A stretch of 64,000 bases of DNA from Myxococcales bacterium (GTDB taxonomy: Bacteria > Myxococcota_A > Polyangia > Polyangiales > DASUME01), in the NCBI GenBank assembly GCA_047601445.1, contig JASGJH010000001.1:1952001-2016000 (forward strand), in the 5' to 3' direction. The notes below the pieces were generated by a model, which was given only the letters and a program-made list of their open reading frames with translations, did no database searches and had not been told where the DNA came from. Shown piece after piece: positions 31,043 to 42,049 of the stretch. Both the position numbers and the translations under genes were made by a program. Each line of letters opens with the position of its first letter. Position 1 is the stretch's first letter.

Positions 31043-34000
31043 CTACTGCAGCGAGATGATCTGCGTCACGGTCTCACCGGGCTTCACGCTCACGGTGATG
31101 TTCTTGCGCAGGCCGAACTCGGGGTTGACCAACGTGATGCGGTGGTCGCCGGCTGCCATCTGCAAGTTCATTTGCGGGGTGTTGCCGATCATCTTTCCAT
31201 CGACGAACACCTGCGACCACGGCCGCGAGTTCAAACGCACCGTACCGGTGCCACCGGATGCCCCGCGCGGACGCGGAGCCACCGGATCCCGGCGCACCAC
31301 TCCCGGCCCGCGGGTGGTGGTCACGGCGGTGTCGTCGGAAGCCGCGACGGCGGTGGTGCTCTTCATGAGCACCGCGCGCACCGCGAGCTCGTTCGAGCCG
31401 CTCGGCGAGGTGAGGTTCTCGCTGTGATTCTCGAAGCCCTTTTTGGAGACCTCGAGGACCCACGGCGTGCCGTTGTTCTCCAGCGTCACGTCCACGGGCG
31501 TCTTGCCCAGCGGTCGGCGCTCGCCCCCGCGCGACACGGCCGCATCGGCGTTCGGCGGCTCGGATGTGACGCGCACGCGAATCTGCTGCGCCTCGAGCAC
31601 CGTGCGGGTCAGGCTCTGGTCCACACCGGCGCGCACTTCGACAGGGATGGATGCCTCGCGATAGCCGTTGAGGCGCACCTTCACGTCGTAGCGACGCGGC
31701 ACCAGGTTGCCGACGCGCAGCGGGGTCAGCCCACCGAGTTCCTGCCCGTCCAAGAAGACCTTGGCACCGGGCGGCAGGGTCTCGAGCGAGAAGCCGCCCG
31801 TGGCCGCCGCGACATCGCCACCGGTCGGGCCGCCTGCACCCTGCACCTCGAGGCCCACCGGCAGCTGCAGCGTCTGGCCGGGCTGCACCTGGACTTCCTG
31901 GGACCAGCTGCTGTAGCCGGCTTTGCGCACCTCGATCAGGTGGTTCTCATTGGGCGCCACACCAGTGACCACGAAGGGACTCGCAGTCCCCACCGGCTTG
32001 CCGTCGAACATCACCTGGGCGTCGGCCGGGTGCGTGGTCAGTTGGACCACGCCGGGCTCAGTCTTCGCCAGGAACACGTAGATGAGAATGCAAAGCACGG
32101 CCACGGCGCCCACGGCCAGGCCCGTGTAGAGCAGGCTGCGGTTCTTCTCGGGCGTGCTCGGCTGGGTGACGATGGGCTGAGTGACCTGCGCAGCACGCGA
32201 GGTCGCCGGCGCCTGGGCAAAGGCGTTGTTGGCAGGAGGGGCCTCGGAGTTCGCGAAGCCACGCGGGGACAACCCCACGCCCGGCACGCCATTGAGCGCT
32301 CCATTGGGAGGCACGTAGGTCGCCACGGCGGACTGGTTGTAGCCGCCCATATTGGAGACGTCGTCGTAGCCCCCGTCGACGTTCTGGTACCCCCCCGGGC
32401 CTGCCTGGGGTTGATCCTCGGGGCGATCGTAGATCTGGGTGGAGAGCTCCTCGTCGTCCCAATCCATGCTGAGCACAGCGCTCGATTGAGCGCCGGCGTT
32501 GGGATAGGCCACCGCGGCCGCACCGTTGCTCGGGGGCGGCGACGAGGCGTAGCCCTGGCCGGGCGGCGGCGGCGGCGCCGAGCGGGCCCCGCCTGGAGGT
32601 ATCGAGTTTGACCGCGCGTTCATCGAAGGAATCGCGATCGCTCCGCTGGCCGACATGGAGCCCGGCGGCACGGAGGGTGAGCGACCAGAGCCCGGATTGG
32701 GCACGACCGGGGTCGCAGAGAGCTGGCCAGGCGGCACGGAGGGAGTGCGCGTCTGCCCCGGCGGGACCGTCTGCACCCGCACCTGACCCGAGGCCGGCTG
32801 CGCGCGCATCTGGCCCGGGGGCACCGACTGGCGCGGAGGTGGCGGAGGCACCGAGACCCTGGGCGAGGTCGGTGGGCCCGGCGGCATCGAGCGACCCGAG
32901 CCGGGCGGCAGGGTGTTGCCCTGCTTCGGCGGCGGAGGCGGAACGGAGCGGCCACCTCCTGGAGCGCGCGGAGCGATGGACGGCTGCCCCTTCGGGGGCG
33001 GCGGGGGCACACTGCGACCCGAAGCGCCCTGCTGGGGAAGCACCGCCGGCATGCCGAGCATGGTGCTGGATTTCTTGCCTGAGTTGGGTGCGTCTCGGTT
33101 CACGGCTGTCGACTCCACAGGCTCTAAAGTAGGGGCTAAGTCGGTGTTTTCGGAGGTCTCCACGACCTCCACGTCCCGGAGGTCACCGACCGCCTCCTGG
33201 TCATGAGCGGCCTCGGCCGCAAAGTGTTCGCGCATCCACGCGCTGAGTTCTCGGCGCCCGAACGCTTCGCCACGACCATACAGGAAGCGCTGCAAATCGT
33301 CGTGCAGCTCCATCGCGGTTTGGTAGCGAGCTTCAGGGGCACGCGCGAGAGCCTTCAGGACAATCGCCTCGAGCTCCTCGGGAACTTTTTCATTTCGAGA
33401 ACTTGGCCGTGGAATCTCGGCACTTTTGAGCTTTTCGATGGAGGAGAAATCGCCATCGCCGGCGAACAGTCGCTGCCCCGTCAACAGCTCGTGCAGCACG
33501 ATTCCCACGCCGAACACGTCACTGCGCCGATCGACGCGCCTGCTCTCCACCTGCTCGGGAGAGAGATAACCGAACTTCCCCTTGAGCACGCCGGCCTGGG
33601 TCTTGCCCGCCTTGCCGGCCGCACGTGCGATGCCGAAGTCGATCAATTTCGGTCTCACCATCGAAGGAGACCAGGATGTTCTGCGGGGACACGTCGCGAT
33701 GCACTAGCTCCAGGTCGCGCCCATTGGAGTCGCGCTTGTTGTGCGCGTAATCGAGCCCTTCGCACGTCTTCATCATCACGAAGCACGTGAGCTCGACGGG
33801 CAGCGGTTCGCCCGTGTCGCGGGCGGCTTCGTAGATCGCCCGCAGGTCCTTGCCGTGCACGTACTCGAGCGCGATGAAGTAAGCCTCTCCGACCTTCCCG
33901 AGGTCGAAGATCTGCGCGATATTGGCGTGGTTCAGCTGGACGGCGATCTTGGCTTCATCGATGAACATCGTGATGAAGTCGGTGTCCGCCGCGATGCTCG

Positions 34001-34154
34001 GCAGGATGCGCTTCACCGCCACGATGCGCTCGAACCCCTCCACCCCGAAGGCCTTCGCCCGGAACACCTCGGCCATGCCGCCCGCGTTGATGCGGTCGAG
34101 CAGGTAATATTTGCCGAAGGGAATGGGCTTCTTCACGGACGCCCTCGTGTCCAC
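31043..34154 (-). CDS. Hanks-type Ser/Thr kinase with Pro-rich linker, TM and PEGA domains; frameshift at ~33650
   Basis: The 33519..34154 frame has GGMAEV, AVKR, HRDVSPQN; the 31043..33661 frame continues with KLIDFGIA, YLSPEQ, SDVFGVG and PEGA repeats. Confidence 0.9.
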
Positions 34155-34449
34155 GAGTCCACGGTGGGAGGTTCTTTCTGCAACGAACGCGTGGTGTTGA
34201 CCACTCTAAAAGCCGGAGAACGAAGCGCGCGGATCCGCCCACCAGCCAAGCCTTGGCGTGTCCTGATATCACACCTCGGACCAGAATTGGATCCAGGTAG
34301 GTCTCAGGTTGGCGCAATCTACGCACGGGCCGCTCTGGGGGTCAAGCCTGGCCCGATGCCCCATCATCGCTGTTTTTGGCTGCAAGCACGATGCTTTAGC
34401 CGCTGGTACCCAAGGTCACACGCGAGGGGTGCCGCGGGTCACAAGAGCA

Positions 34450-37149
34450 TCACTTAGGAGCGTCGAGCGCGCCGACCGGCGCCTTGGTCGTCGGTTCGCT
34501 GGTGCGGAAGTAGCGCACGCGCTGATCCTGCAAATGGGCCCAACGCGCGTAGGGGATGGGCGGATTGTTCGGGAACAGGACTTCCGTGGCCGGCACCGAG
34601 CTCGCCAGCAGAAACAGCTGGGCCGGCGCCTCCCGCGACCGCGAGCGACCATCGACCCCGAGTACGCCTTCGCGGAAGTGAAGGCCGAGTCGGGTGTCCT
34701 TGGGCAGCCACAGGGCGGACTTCACGCCGTGCGCAGCGAGCACTTCGTGGAGCGCGCCTGGCTTGGCTTCATCGGTCTCGGCGTAGAGCAGCAAACCAGA
34801 GGCATCGACCCCGAGCGCGGCAAAGGCCACCGAGTCGGGCCGCAGCTGCGGAGCGCGCATGAGAATGTCTGCGCCCTGTGGCGGAACGCCCACCACGAAC
34901 TTGCGACCCGTGGCCGTCTTTTCGGCGTGCAGGACGTAGTCGTCGAGGCGCGCTTCCTCGGGCGCTCCGCGCAGCTCGGCCAACACGAGCTGCCCCCCCT
35001 CGGGTGCCGCCGAAGTCGGCACCGCACGCGCCGGGTCGATACGCAGCAGGCGCACGGCGTCGTCAGCGTGGCGCGCGAAGGCGGGAGGCCAGCCGGCGTG
35101 CGGCAGATCGCGGCTGCTCAACTTGGACCCGAGCGGACCTTCGAGCTTGGTCCCGGTGAGACTCGGCTTCAGCGTCAGATAGAAGTAGTCGCGGGGATCG
35201 GGGTGGATGTAGCGAGGCAAGGCCATGCCCATCGACGTCACCGCCTTGCGCGCGCGCAGCAGATAGCCCGGCAGCTCCGGCATGGCCGACTCGGTGCGAA
35301 AGGCCGCCTTCTTCTCGGCGGGAGCGCGCGACTCCTGGGGCGCGAGCACGTTGTAGAACTCCATGCCCGAGTGGCCCGAGTTCATGTCCAGGTGCATCGC
35401 CCGGGCGCAACGGGCCGCCACGAGCGCCGCGCCGAGCGCTTCCGGAGATGCCGAATCGCCCCACGCGTAGACCATGAAGCCTTCCTGCGTGATGCAGAGG
35501 GCGCTGCGCTGGGTGAGCGTCTGCTCGCTTTGCTGCTTGGGCGCCGCGCCCCACCACCAGCGGTTCCACGGGTTGAAGTGGGCGTCCTCGACCAAGCTAG
35601 TGAGGTTCTGTCGAAAGGCGATCATGCCCGCCGGGATCTCGGCGACCGCGCGGGCTTCGTCGTAACCCGCGCGGCGATCCTGGGGACCTGGCCAGGACCC
35701 CATTCCCACGTGACCGTCGTCGAAGACTGCCACCGTGGCCGCCCACGGCTTGGGCGGAAGGTACACGCGGCCATCGGCCATCATGCCGAACTCGCCGTGC
35801 ACCGCCTGAAAGCCACCGTTGAACGCGCCCACCAAGCGCGTGAGCACGTCGGGCGTGTGCGGGATGGCGCCGGTGCCGGTCTCACCGGTGGCGCTCAGGG
35901 GCTCCTCCGTACCCGCCACGATGTTGAGCTGAACCACACGCGGATCCCACAGCGTCAGATACACGCGGGCCCAATCGCGCTGCGGATCGGCGCGCAGGAA
36001 GCTCTGGAAGAACACGGGATTGCCGTCGGGCAAATCACGCACGTAGGGATCGTCGACGATGGCGCGCCATTTCCCCTCGCCGGGCACCTCGGGGGTCGCG
36101 ATGAGCGGGGTCAGCGCAGGCGGAGGCCAGCCGCTCTCGGGGTCGGGCACCGAGAGCCGCTCCACCTTCTGCTCCTCGGCGGCGGGCATTTGCTTGGTGA
36201 TGCCGAGATCCGCGGCGGCTTCCGCCGCGTGATCGACCGTATTCACGCTGTGGTAGGCCTGCTTCACGCGGTCGCGCACCGCGAACACCTTGTTCTCGAG
36301 CCAGGCGATCTTCTCGGCGCCGATCCAGGGGATGCCGCGCACGGTGTCTACCAACCACGGCACGAGCTCGGTCACGCCTGGCGCAGGCGCGCGAACATCC
36401 ACGAGCCAATCGCCCTCGAGGGGATGCTCGTAGACCGGGTCGATGACCAGCGGGTCCCCGTCGGCCTCGACCACGAAACGCGCGCGCTCGGCGCGCATCT
36501 TGAGCGTCGCGGCGGGCGTCTTGAAGGTGTATGAGCGTTTGCCGACGCCTCCCCACTGACCCGTCTGCTGCAAGTTGCTGATGCCACGCTGAATGCGCGC
36601 GAGTGGGCCTTGCTGGGTCGCTGGTTCTCCGTCGAGATCGAGTAGCTCGAGGCCCACCGTCTTGCCCTCGATGGTGCGCGCGAAGAGGACCCAGCGTCCG
36701 TTGGTGATGGGCGTGGTCTCGTCGGCGCTCGAGGTACGGGTCAGGTTGTGTACGCGGTCGAGCTCAGCGACCCGCCCGTCTTCGGCCAGGATCGCCTCCG
36801 CGGCCCACACGTCCCCGAGTCCCGACTGCGCAGCTCCGGCGCCCTGCCCTTCGGCTGCGCGAAACACGATCAGCTGCGCGTCCGCGCCGCGCCTCTGCTT
36901 CTTGAGCGACTTCGCCTCGGCGGAGGTCACGGCCAGGCCGTGCGTGGAGAGCACGTCGGAGAGCGGTGCATATCCCGAGGACAACACGTCTCCGCCCACC
37001 ACCTGCGCCAGCGCCAGGCCAGCCAACGTGACGGAGACCAGACGCAACCGAGCCCACAGCGCCTGCTGCAAAGGGCTTCGGTGGGGCGGCAGGCTGGCGG
37101 CAGCCTGACTCACCACGACGGAGTCGTTGGGTTTGCTCACGGGACTCAT
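34450..37149 (-). CDS. Membrane-anchored phosphodiester glycosidase (NAGPA/DUF2233)-like protein
   Basis: GAFNGGFQ, GMMADG, QRSALCITQEG, AMHLDMNSG; N-terminal TM; start chosen at MSPVSKP. Confidence 0.6.
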   Translation of the reverse strand: MSPVSKPNDSVVVSQAAASLPPHRSPLQQALWARLRLVSVTLAGLALAQVVGGDVLSSGYAPLSDVLSTHGLAVTSAEAKSLKKQRRGADAQLIVFRAAEGQGAGAAQSGLGDVWAAEAILAEDGRVAELDRVHNLTRTSSADETTPITNGRWVLFARTIEGKTVGLELLDLDGEPATQQGPLARIQRGISNLQQTGQWGGVGKRSYTFKTPAATLKMRAERARFVVEADGDPLVIDPVYEHPLEGDWLVDVRAPAPGVTELVPWLVDTVRGIPWIGAEKIAWLENKVFAVRDRVKQAYHSVNTVDHAAEAAADLGITKQMPAAEEQKVERLSVPDPESGWPPPALTPLIATPEVPGEGKWRAIVDDPYVRDLPDGNPVFFQSFLRADPQRDWARVYLTLWDPRVVQLNIVAGTEEPLSATGETGTGAIPHTPDVLTRLVGAFNGGFQAVHGEFGMMADGRVYLPPKPWAATVAVFDDGHVGMGSWPGPQDRRAGYDEARAVAEIPAGMIAFRQNLTSLVEDAHFNPWNRWWWGAAPKQQSEQTLTQRSALCITQEGFMVYAWGDSASPEALGAALVAARCARAMHLDMNSGHSGMEFYNVLAPQESRAPAEKKAAFRTESAMPELPGYLLRARKAVTSMGMALPRYIHPDPRDYFYLTLKPSLTGTKLEGPLGSKLSSRDLPHAGWPPAFARHADDAVRLLRIDPARAVPTSAAPEGGQLVLAELRGAPEEARLDDYVLHAEKTATGRKFVVGVPPQGADILMRAPQLRPDSVAFAALGVDASGLLLYAETDEAKPGALHEVLAAHGVKSALWLPKDTRLGLHFREGVLGVDGRSRSREAPAQLFLLASSVPATEVLFPNNPPIPYARWAHLQDQRVRYFRTSEPTTKAPVGALDAPK

Positions 37150-37229
37150 CGAGTGTCGCGCATCAACCGCTGTTTCGCCCAACAATTGCGGGCAGAAATC
37201 GCGCGCGGAGGGGCGCGAGTGTGGGTGCT

Positions 37230-38147
37230 TCAGCGCCCGCGCAGTGGAGACGCAAGTAGCTCTCGTTCGGCTTGAGAAAGTGCACTCATGACGCGCTCCG
37301 AAACGGCGCGCAAACCCGGTTCGAGCGCCTGGAAGCGATCGGGGTGGAGCTTCTGCGCGAGCCTGCGCAGCGCGGGGCGCGCGTGCTCCGAGTGCGCATG
37401 AGACGGGAGGTCGAGTAACGCACGTGGCCCTACCCGGCGCCGGATCTCGCGCTGCTTGCGCAGCAACAGGTTGCACGCGTCGCCGTCGAAGCTGCTGTCC
37501 ACAGCGGCTCCGAGTGCGCGCAGCACGGCGCGCGGAATGCGGGCAGCGCCCTGCGGCGCCCGCGCCAGCCAGCCCTCGAGTTCGTTTCGTTCGGCAGGCT
37601 CCCAGGTGGCCACGATGCGTCGGCCCGCGCTGGTCAGCTTGAGCGCGGTGTCCCCTGCCAGAGCAGACAGCTGCGCCAACGGCAGATCGTGCGCGATCGC
37701 GGAGAGTCCGAGCCACACGACATGCGGGATGGCGACGCTCACGTGTGGGCTCGACAACACGACAGCACGCGCAGGCAGCAGCTCGAAAAGGGGATCGGCC
37801 CAACGCAGGAGCGCCGCGAAGCGTGCTTCGAGCTGGGCCGCGAGCGCCGCGCCCACTGAGTCGGGAGAAGCGGCGCCCACTTCGATGAGCCAGGCCCCGA
37901 CCTGGCCCGAAGGCGGACTCCCACTCAGGGCGTCCCGGTGCTTCTCCGTGTCCAACCGGCCCTGCCGCAACAACGAGTCACCCAGCAACTCGCCGTCCAC
38001 CCCCTCGATGGCCACCACGGCGCCGCGAACGACGTGCACGCGCGCGACCTTCGAGCGCGAGCGTACGCGGACTTCGGCTTGCCGCTCGCTGTCGGCCAAG
38101 GCCAGGAACAGTCGGCTCAACGGTACTGCCGCTCGCAGCGCGTCCAT
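37230..38147 (-). CDS. DUF4388-like N-domain + C-terminal J-domain protein
   Basis: LLGDSLLRQGRL / QVGAWLIEVG motifs; RRLAQKLHPDRF. Confidence 0.7.
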   Translation of the reverse strand: MDALRAAVPLSRLFLALADSERQAEVRVRSRSKVARVHVVRGAVVAIEGVDGELLGDSLLRQGRLDTEKHRDALSGSPPSGQVGAWLIEVGAASPDSVGAALAAQLEARFAALLRWADPLFELLPARAVVLSSPHVSVAIPHVVWLGLSAIAHDLPLAQLSALAGDTALKLTSAGRRIVATWEPAERNELEGWLARAPQGAARIPRAVLRALGAAVDSSFDGDACNLLLRKQREIRRRVGPRALLDLPSHAHSEHARPALRRLAQKLHPDRFQALEPGLRAVSERVMSALSQAERELLASPLRGR

Positions 38148-38225
38148 CGCCCAGCGGTAGCGGGAAACCGCTCGACTACGCAACTTTTGTGCAGGCTCCC
38201 GAACGTGAGCGCACGGTGCCCCGCA

Positions 38226-39230
38226 TCAGTGGAGGTAGCGCGGGTCGCCGACTTCGAGTGCCAGGGTGGAGCGGATATCGGCATAGCGGCTTGCCAGGGC
38301 AGCCGATGAGATGCCGTAGCGCTTGGCCATGCCGACCTGGGTCAGGCCCGTGATGCCGTGCATGACCGAGACCGCGTACTCGAGCGCCGCGGCATGGACT
38401 TCCGGCTTCGACACGCGAACGTTCGGACGTCGCGCCCGGTAGTCTCGCCAAACCTGCTCGGCGCGACTGAGCAACACCGAGGGTGCGCCGTTGGACTGCA
38501 TGCCGCGCTCCAGCGCTCGCAGCACTTCGCGATCGCCGTTGGACTCCTTGCGCACCACCAGGGCTTCCTCGTCCGAACGCCGCGAACGGGGATCGCGCCC
38601 ATGGAACGCCTGCTCGGCGGAGAAGAGGTAGCCGCCCGGCGCGCCGCGCTTGATCCAGGCCACCAACGAAGCGTGGCTGTCGTGCTCCGGAGAAAGGTCG
38701 AGCGCCTCGCGGGCCAATGCCTCGGCCTCCTCGAGTTGACCGAGCCGCGCGAGGCAGTGGGCCAACGAAGCCGTGACCTCGTCTTCCATGGGGTGAGCTT
38801 CGTGGGCCCAGCGCAGATGCGAGAGCGCCGTCTGCGGCTTGTTGAGAGCGACGTCCAACAAGTGCCCCAGGTTGTGATGGTACCAGGCGTTGCTGGGATC
38901 GAGGGACAGGGCGCGCTCGTAGTGGAAGACAGCAGAGTCGAAATTTCCGAGTAGCGCCTGACACAAGCCCATCAGGGCGTGGGCGGTGTCCTCACCGGCA
39001 CCGGCGCGGATCACCCTGCGCAGGTGCAGCGCCGCGCGCCATGGCTCGTCTTGAAGGAGCAGCTCGGCGGTGTGGCGGTGGCCATATACGTAGAGCTCAC
39101 CGTGATCCGGCGCGTTCGCGAGCAGCCGCTCGAGCAGCGGCATGATCTCGGCACGCGGACGCTCGCGGCGCAGCGCATCGTCGATGCGCGCGCGGAGTCT
39201 GTCGAGCTCGCTGGGATCTTTCGCTTTCAT
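38226..39230 (-). CDS. TPR protein with C-terminal HTH / TFIIB-cyclin-like domain
   Basis: TPRs (AHALMGLC...YERALSLDPSNAWYHHNLG); C-terminus KPEVHAAALEY...TQVGMAKRYGIS...SRY. Confidence 0.8.
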   Translation of the reverse strand: MKAKDPSELDRLRARIDDALRRERPRAEIMPLLERLLANAPDHGELYVYGHRHTAELLLQDEPWRAALHLRRVIRAGAGEDTAHALMGLCQALLGNFDSAVFHYERALSLDPSNAWYHHNLGHLLDVALNKPQTALSHLRWAHEAHPMEDEVTASLAHCLARLGQLEEAEALAREALDLSPEHDSHASLVAWIKRGAPGGYLFSAEQAFHGRDPRSRRSDEEALVVRKESNGDREVLRALERGMQSNGAPSVLLSRAEQVWRDYRARRPNVRVSKPEVHAAALEYAVSVMHGITGLTQVGMAKRYGISSAALASRYADIRSTLALEVGDPRYLH

Positions 39231-39336
39231 GCTCGGATACTCCCGAACTGTGCTCCGCTTTCGCGAACGGTGCCACACCAAGCTCGTCCGCGGTATCGCG
39301 GACCTTTAATCACCACAAACGTGCTCGCCGCAGATG

Positions 39337-40059
39337 CTACGCATGTTTCTGGAGGATCGCCAACAGGAAGCCGCCAAAGTATCGGACAGGTGACGTGACG
39401 CAAGCACGCTCTGCCCTGGCGAACACGTTACGCACCAGCGGCAGCTTGTGAACGAATGCGGCAGGCGTGACAACTCGCACGCCCCGGTAATCGACCAGCT
39501 TCAGACTAGGGGGAAGCAACTTGGGAATCGTGTGCGGGGCATCCCAACGCGTATAGACGTCCGCCTCGGTGCGGTCCTCACTGATACGCCCTGGCCCGGC
39601 GATGCGCTTGGCCACGAAACGCAGGCTCAGAGGGTTGTAGAACTCGAGCGCCAACGTGCCACCCGGCCGTGTAACCCGCGCCAACTCCGCGAGCGCCCCA
39701 GTGATGTCGGGTACATGGGCGAGTACTTTGAAGCTGCAGACGAAGTCGAAGCTGTCATCGCGGAAAGGGATCTGGGTGACGCTGCCCAGCGCCACCGACA
39801 ACCCTCGCGTCCTCGCCTTCTGCGCCATGCCCACCGACAGATCGAAGCCGTGCGCTTCACGGGCGACCTTGGACAAGCGAGAAAGGACGAGTCCCGTCCC
39901 ACAGCCAGCCTCCAGCACGCGCTTGCCGACCGCGAACTCGCGCACGGCATCGACTTCGATTTCGTCGATGAGGGCATGATAGCCAGCACCGCGCTCGCGC
40001 TCGTACCACGAGCTGAAGTCGTCGTAATAGGTGCGGTTGTTGGACTCGGACAACGCCAT
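39337..40059 (-). CDS. Class I SAM-dependent methyltransferase
   Basis: VLEAGCGTG, IPFRDDSFD, RVTRPGG. Confidence 0.9.
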   Translation of the reverse strand: MALSESNNRTYYDDFSSWYERERGAGYHALIDEIEVDAVREFAVGKRVLEAGCGTGLVLSRLSKVAREAHGFDLSVGMAQKARTRGLSVALGSVTQIPFRDDSFDFVCSFKVLAHVPDITGALAELARVTRPGGTLALEFYNPLSLRFVAKRIAGPGRISEDRTEADVYTRWDAPHTIPKLLPPSLKLVDYRGVRVVTPAAFVHKLPLVRNVFARAERACVTSPVRYFGGFLLAILQKHA

Positions 40060-40123
40060 TAACGGCCGACGTACGCTCTCGGCACCGCGCGCGCAAGTGG
40101 AGAGCGCCCACACTCGCTCGCCA

Positions 40124-41233
40124 TCACACAAGCAAGCGGTCGTACAAAGCTTCGTAGGCCGCCGCCATGGCGGTATAGGTGTAGCGTTCGCCGACGGCGC
40201 GACTTGCGGTGAGACCTACTTGCGCTCGCCGATGTGGCTGATCGGCCAGCTGCGTGAGCGCGGCCGCCAACGCGTCAGCTTGCACCTCGACCGAGAGCGC
40301 CGCGTCACCCTCACACAGTTCTTCGGCAGCGCTGCCCTTGGCGACGATGACCGTTCGGGCCAAGGACATGGCCTCGAGCAGCACCAGCGGATAGTCCATC
40401 TTGGCGTACAAATCTGCCGAAGGCAGACACACGACATCCGCGCACGCCAACAGGTCGTGGATGCGGCGCGTTTCCCCCACGAAGCTCACCTGATGGCTCA
40501 ACCCTTCACGCGCCACGCGCTCCTTGAGCGCATGCTCGACGGTGACCGCGCGCGGCGTCTTGGTGCGGCACGCCATCACCAAGCGCACGTCCGACCGCCC
40601 CAATGCCCGGACGGCCTCGATGCACAAGGATCCTCCCTCACCGAATTCGAGATCACCCGGGTACACGACCACGAACGCATCGCGGGGTAACCCGAGCTCG
40701 TCCCGCAGGTGCAGAAAGCGTTCGGCGCTCGGCGCGTGCAGCGGTTCGATGGCCGGCGCGATCCGCACCAGGCGCTCGGGGGCCAGGCCCGCGTTCAGTA
40801 GGCGATCCTGGGTGTGACGCGACAGAGCGACGCTCACGTCGGCGAACAGCTGGGGCACGATGGCGCGCGGATCCTTGGGCGCACTGGACAACGTGTGGAC
40901 CGAGCGCGTGCGGCGCAGGCCGGTAGCGATGCGACCAGCCAGGCAGCTCTTGGGGTTGGGCGCGAAAAAGAAGTGCCACAGCCGGTAGCTGCGTGAGGAG
41001 AGCAGATGCGCCATCACCCGCGCCTGGTCTGAGAGCCCCGGCGCAAAACCACCCGAGTGTGCGCGGTAAATCGGCGCCAGGTCCGCCGACGTGAGCTGGG
41101 CATCGCTTTCGCCGCGGACCATCAGGGTGGCGCGGTGCCGACGCAGCCCGCGGGCGAGATCGCGCACCAGGTTCTTCCCGCTATCGTTCCAGGGTGGCGC
41201 AATGGGCTTCGAGACGAAAAGGACGGCGGCCAT
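40124..41233 (-). CDS. Glycosyltransferase family 4
   Basis: ADVVCLPS...PLVLLEAMS, GT-B C-terminal helix YEALYDRL. Confidence 0.88.
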   Translation of the reverse strand: MAAVLFVSKPIAPPWNDSGKNLVRDLARGLRRHRATLMVRGESDAQLTSADLAPIYRAHSGGFAPGLSDQARVMAHLLSSRSYRLWHFFFAPNPKSCLAGRIATGLRRTRSVHTLSSAPKDPRAIVPQLFADVSVALSRHTQDRLLNAGLAPERLVRIAPAIEPLHAPSAERFLHLRDELGLPRDAFVVVYPGDLEFGEGGSLCIEAVRALGRSDVRLVMACRTKTPRAVTVEHALKERVAREGLSHQVSFVGETRRIHDLLACADVVCLPSADLYAKMDYPLVLLEAMSLARTVIVAKGSAAEELCEGDAALSVEVQADALAAALTQLADQPHRRAQVGLTASRAVGERYTYTAMAAAYEALYDRLLV

Positions 41234-41303
41234 GGGCGCCAGGGCCTAGCACGCCGTTTCTCGATGTTGCAGGCTGTAGTACAAGGCTAGGTCAAGGATG
41301 CGT

Positions 41304-42011
41304 ATGCCGAGTCATTTTCCAGAGCCCCCGGAGGACGAGCATGGCGAGGAGCCCGCGCGCGAGTCCCAGCCGCCTCCTCTCAGGGAACCGACCCCGGTGC
41401 CGCACCCCCTGAGCAGCGTGCCGCCGCCCCCGGCTGACGCCGCCGCCCCGGAGAGCGAGCGCCCCCCGCAAGCACCGCCCCAGCCGGAGCGCCGGCGCTT
41501 CGAGAGCAAGCTGCCGGGGCTGATCCGGCGAGGCATCGAGAAGGGCATCGAGGCGGGGCTCAGCACCTTCGAGAAGAGCATCGAGACCGGCCGCGAGACC
41601 ACCGACGCCATGCGCGAGGTTTTCAGCGAGGTGAAGATGCCGCGCGACGTAGCGAGTGCCGTGGGCAAGGCCCTGCAGGAGGCCAAGCTGCCCAGGGAAA
41701 TCGCGGGCGCGGTGTTCAATCAGATCGACGAGACCAAGAACGACGTGCTGCGCATCGTGGCCAAGGAGGTGCGTGACTTCCTGGACGCCACCGACCTGGC
41801 CTCGGAGATCAAGGCAGCGCTGACCAGCCTATCGTTCGAGGTACGCACCGAGATCCGCTTCATCCCCAACGACGCGGGCTCCGGGGTCAAGCCCGACGTC
41901 AAGTCGCGCACGCGGGTCAAGCGCACCGAACCGCGCTCCGAGAAGCGCCGCGGCCGGGCTAGCCAACCCCCGGACCGAGAAGAAGAAGACGGCGACGAGC
42001 CGGAGAGCTGA
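41304..42011 (+). CDS. Hypothetical protein (Pro-rich N-terminus, helical core)
   Basis: Strong GC3 codon bias; fills the gap; KLPREIA...DETKNDVLRIVAKEVRDFL...EVRTEIRF. Confidence 0.75.
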   Translation: MPSHFPEPPEDEHGEEPARESQPPPLREPTPVPHPLSSVPPPPADAAAPESERPPQAPPQPERRRFESKLPGLIRRGIEKGIEAGLSTFEKSIETGRETTDAMREVFSEVKMPRDVASAVGKALQEAKLPREIAGAVFNQIDETKNDVLRIVAKEVRDFLDATDLASEIKAALTSLSFEVRTEIRFIPNDAGSGVKPDVKSRTRVKRTEPRSEKRRGRASQPPDREEEDGDEPES

Positions 42012-42049
42012 TCCACAGGGCTGGTCGCTCTGGCGGCCGCAGACGCGCC

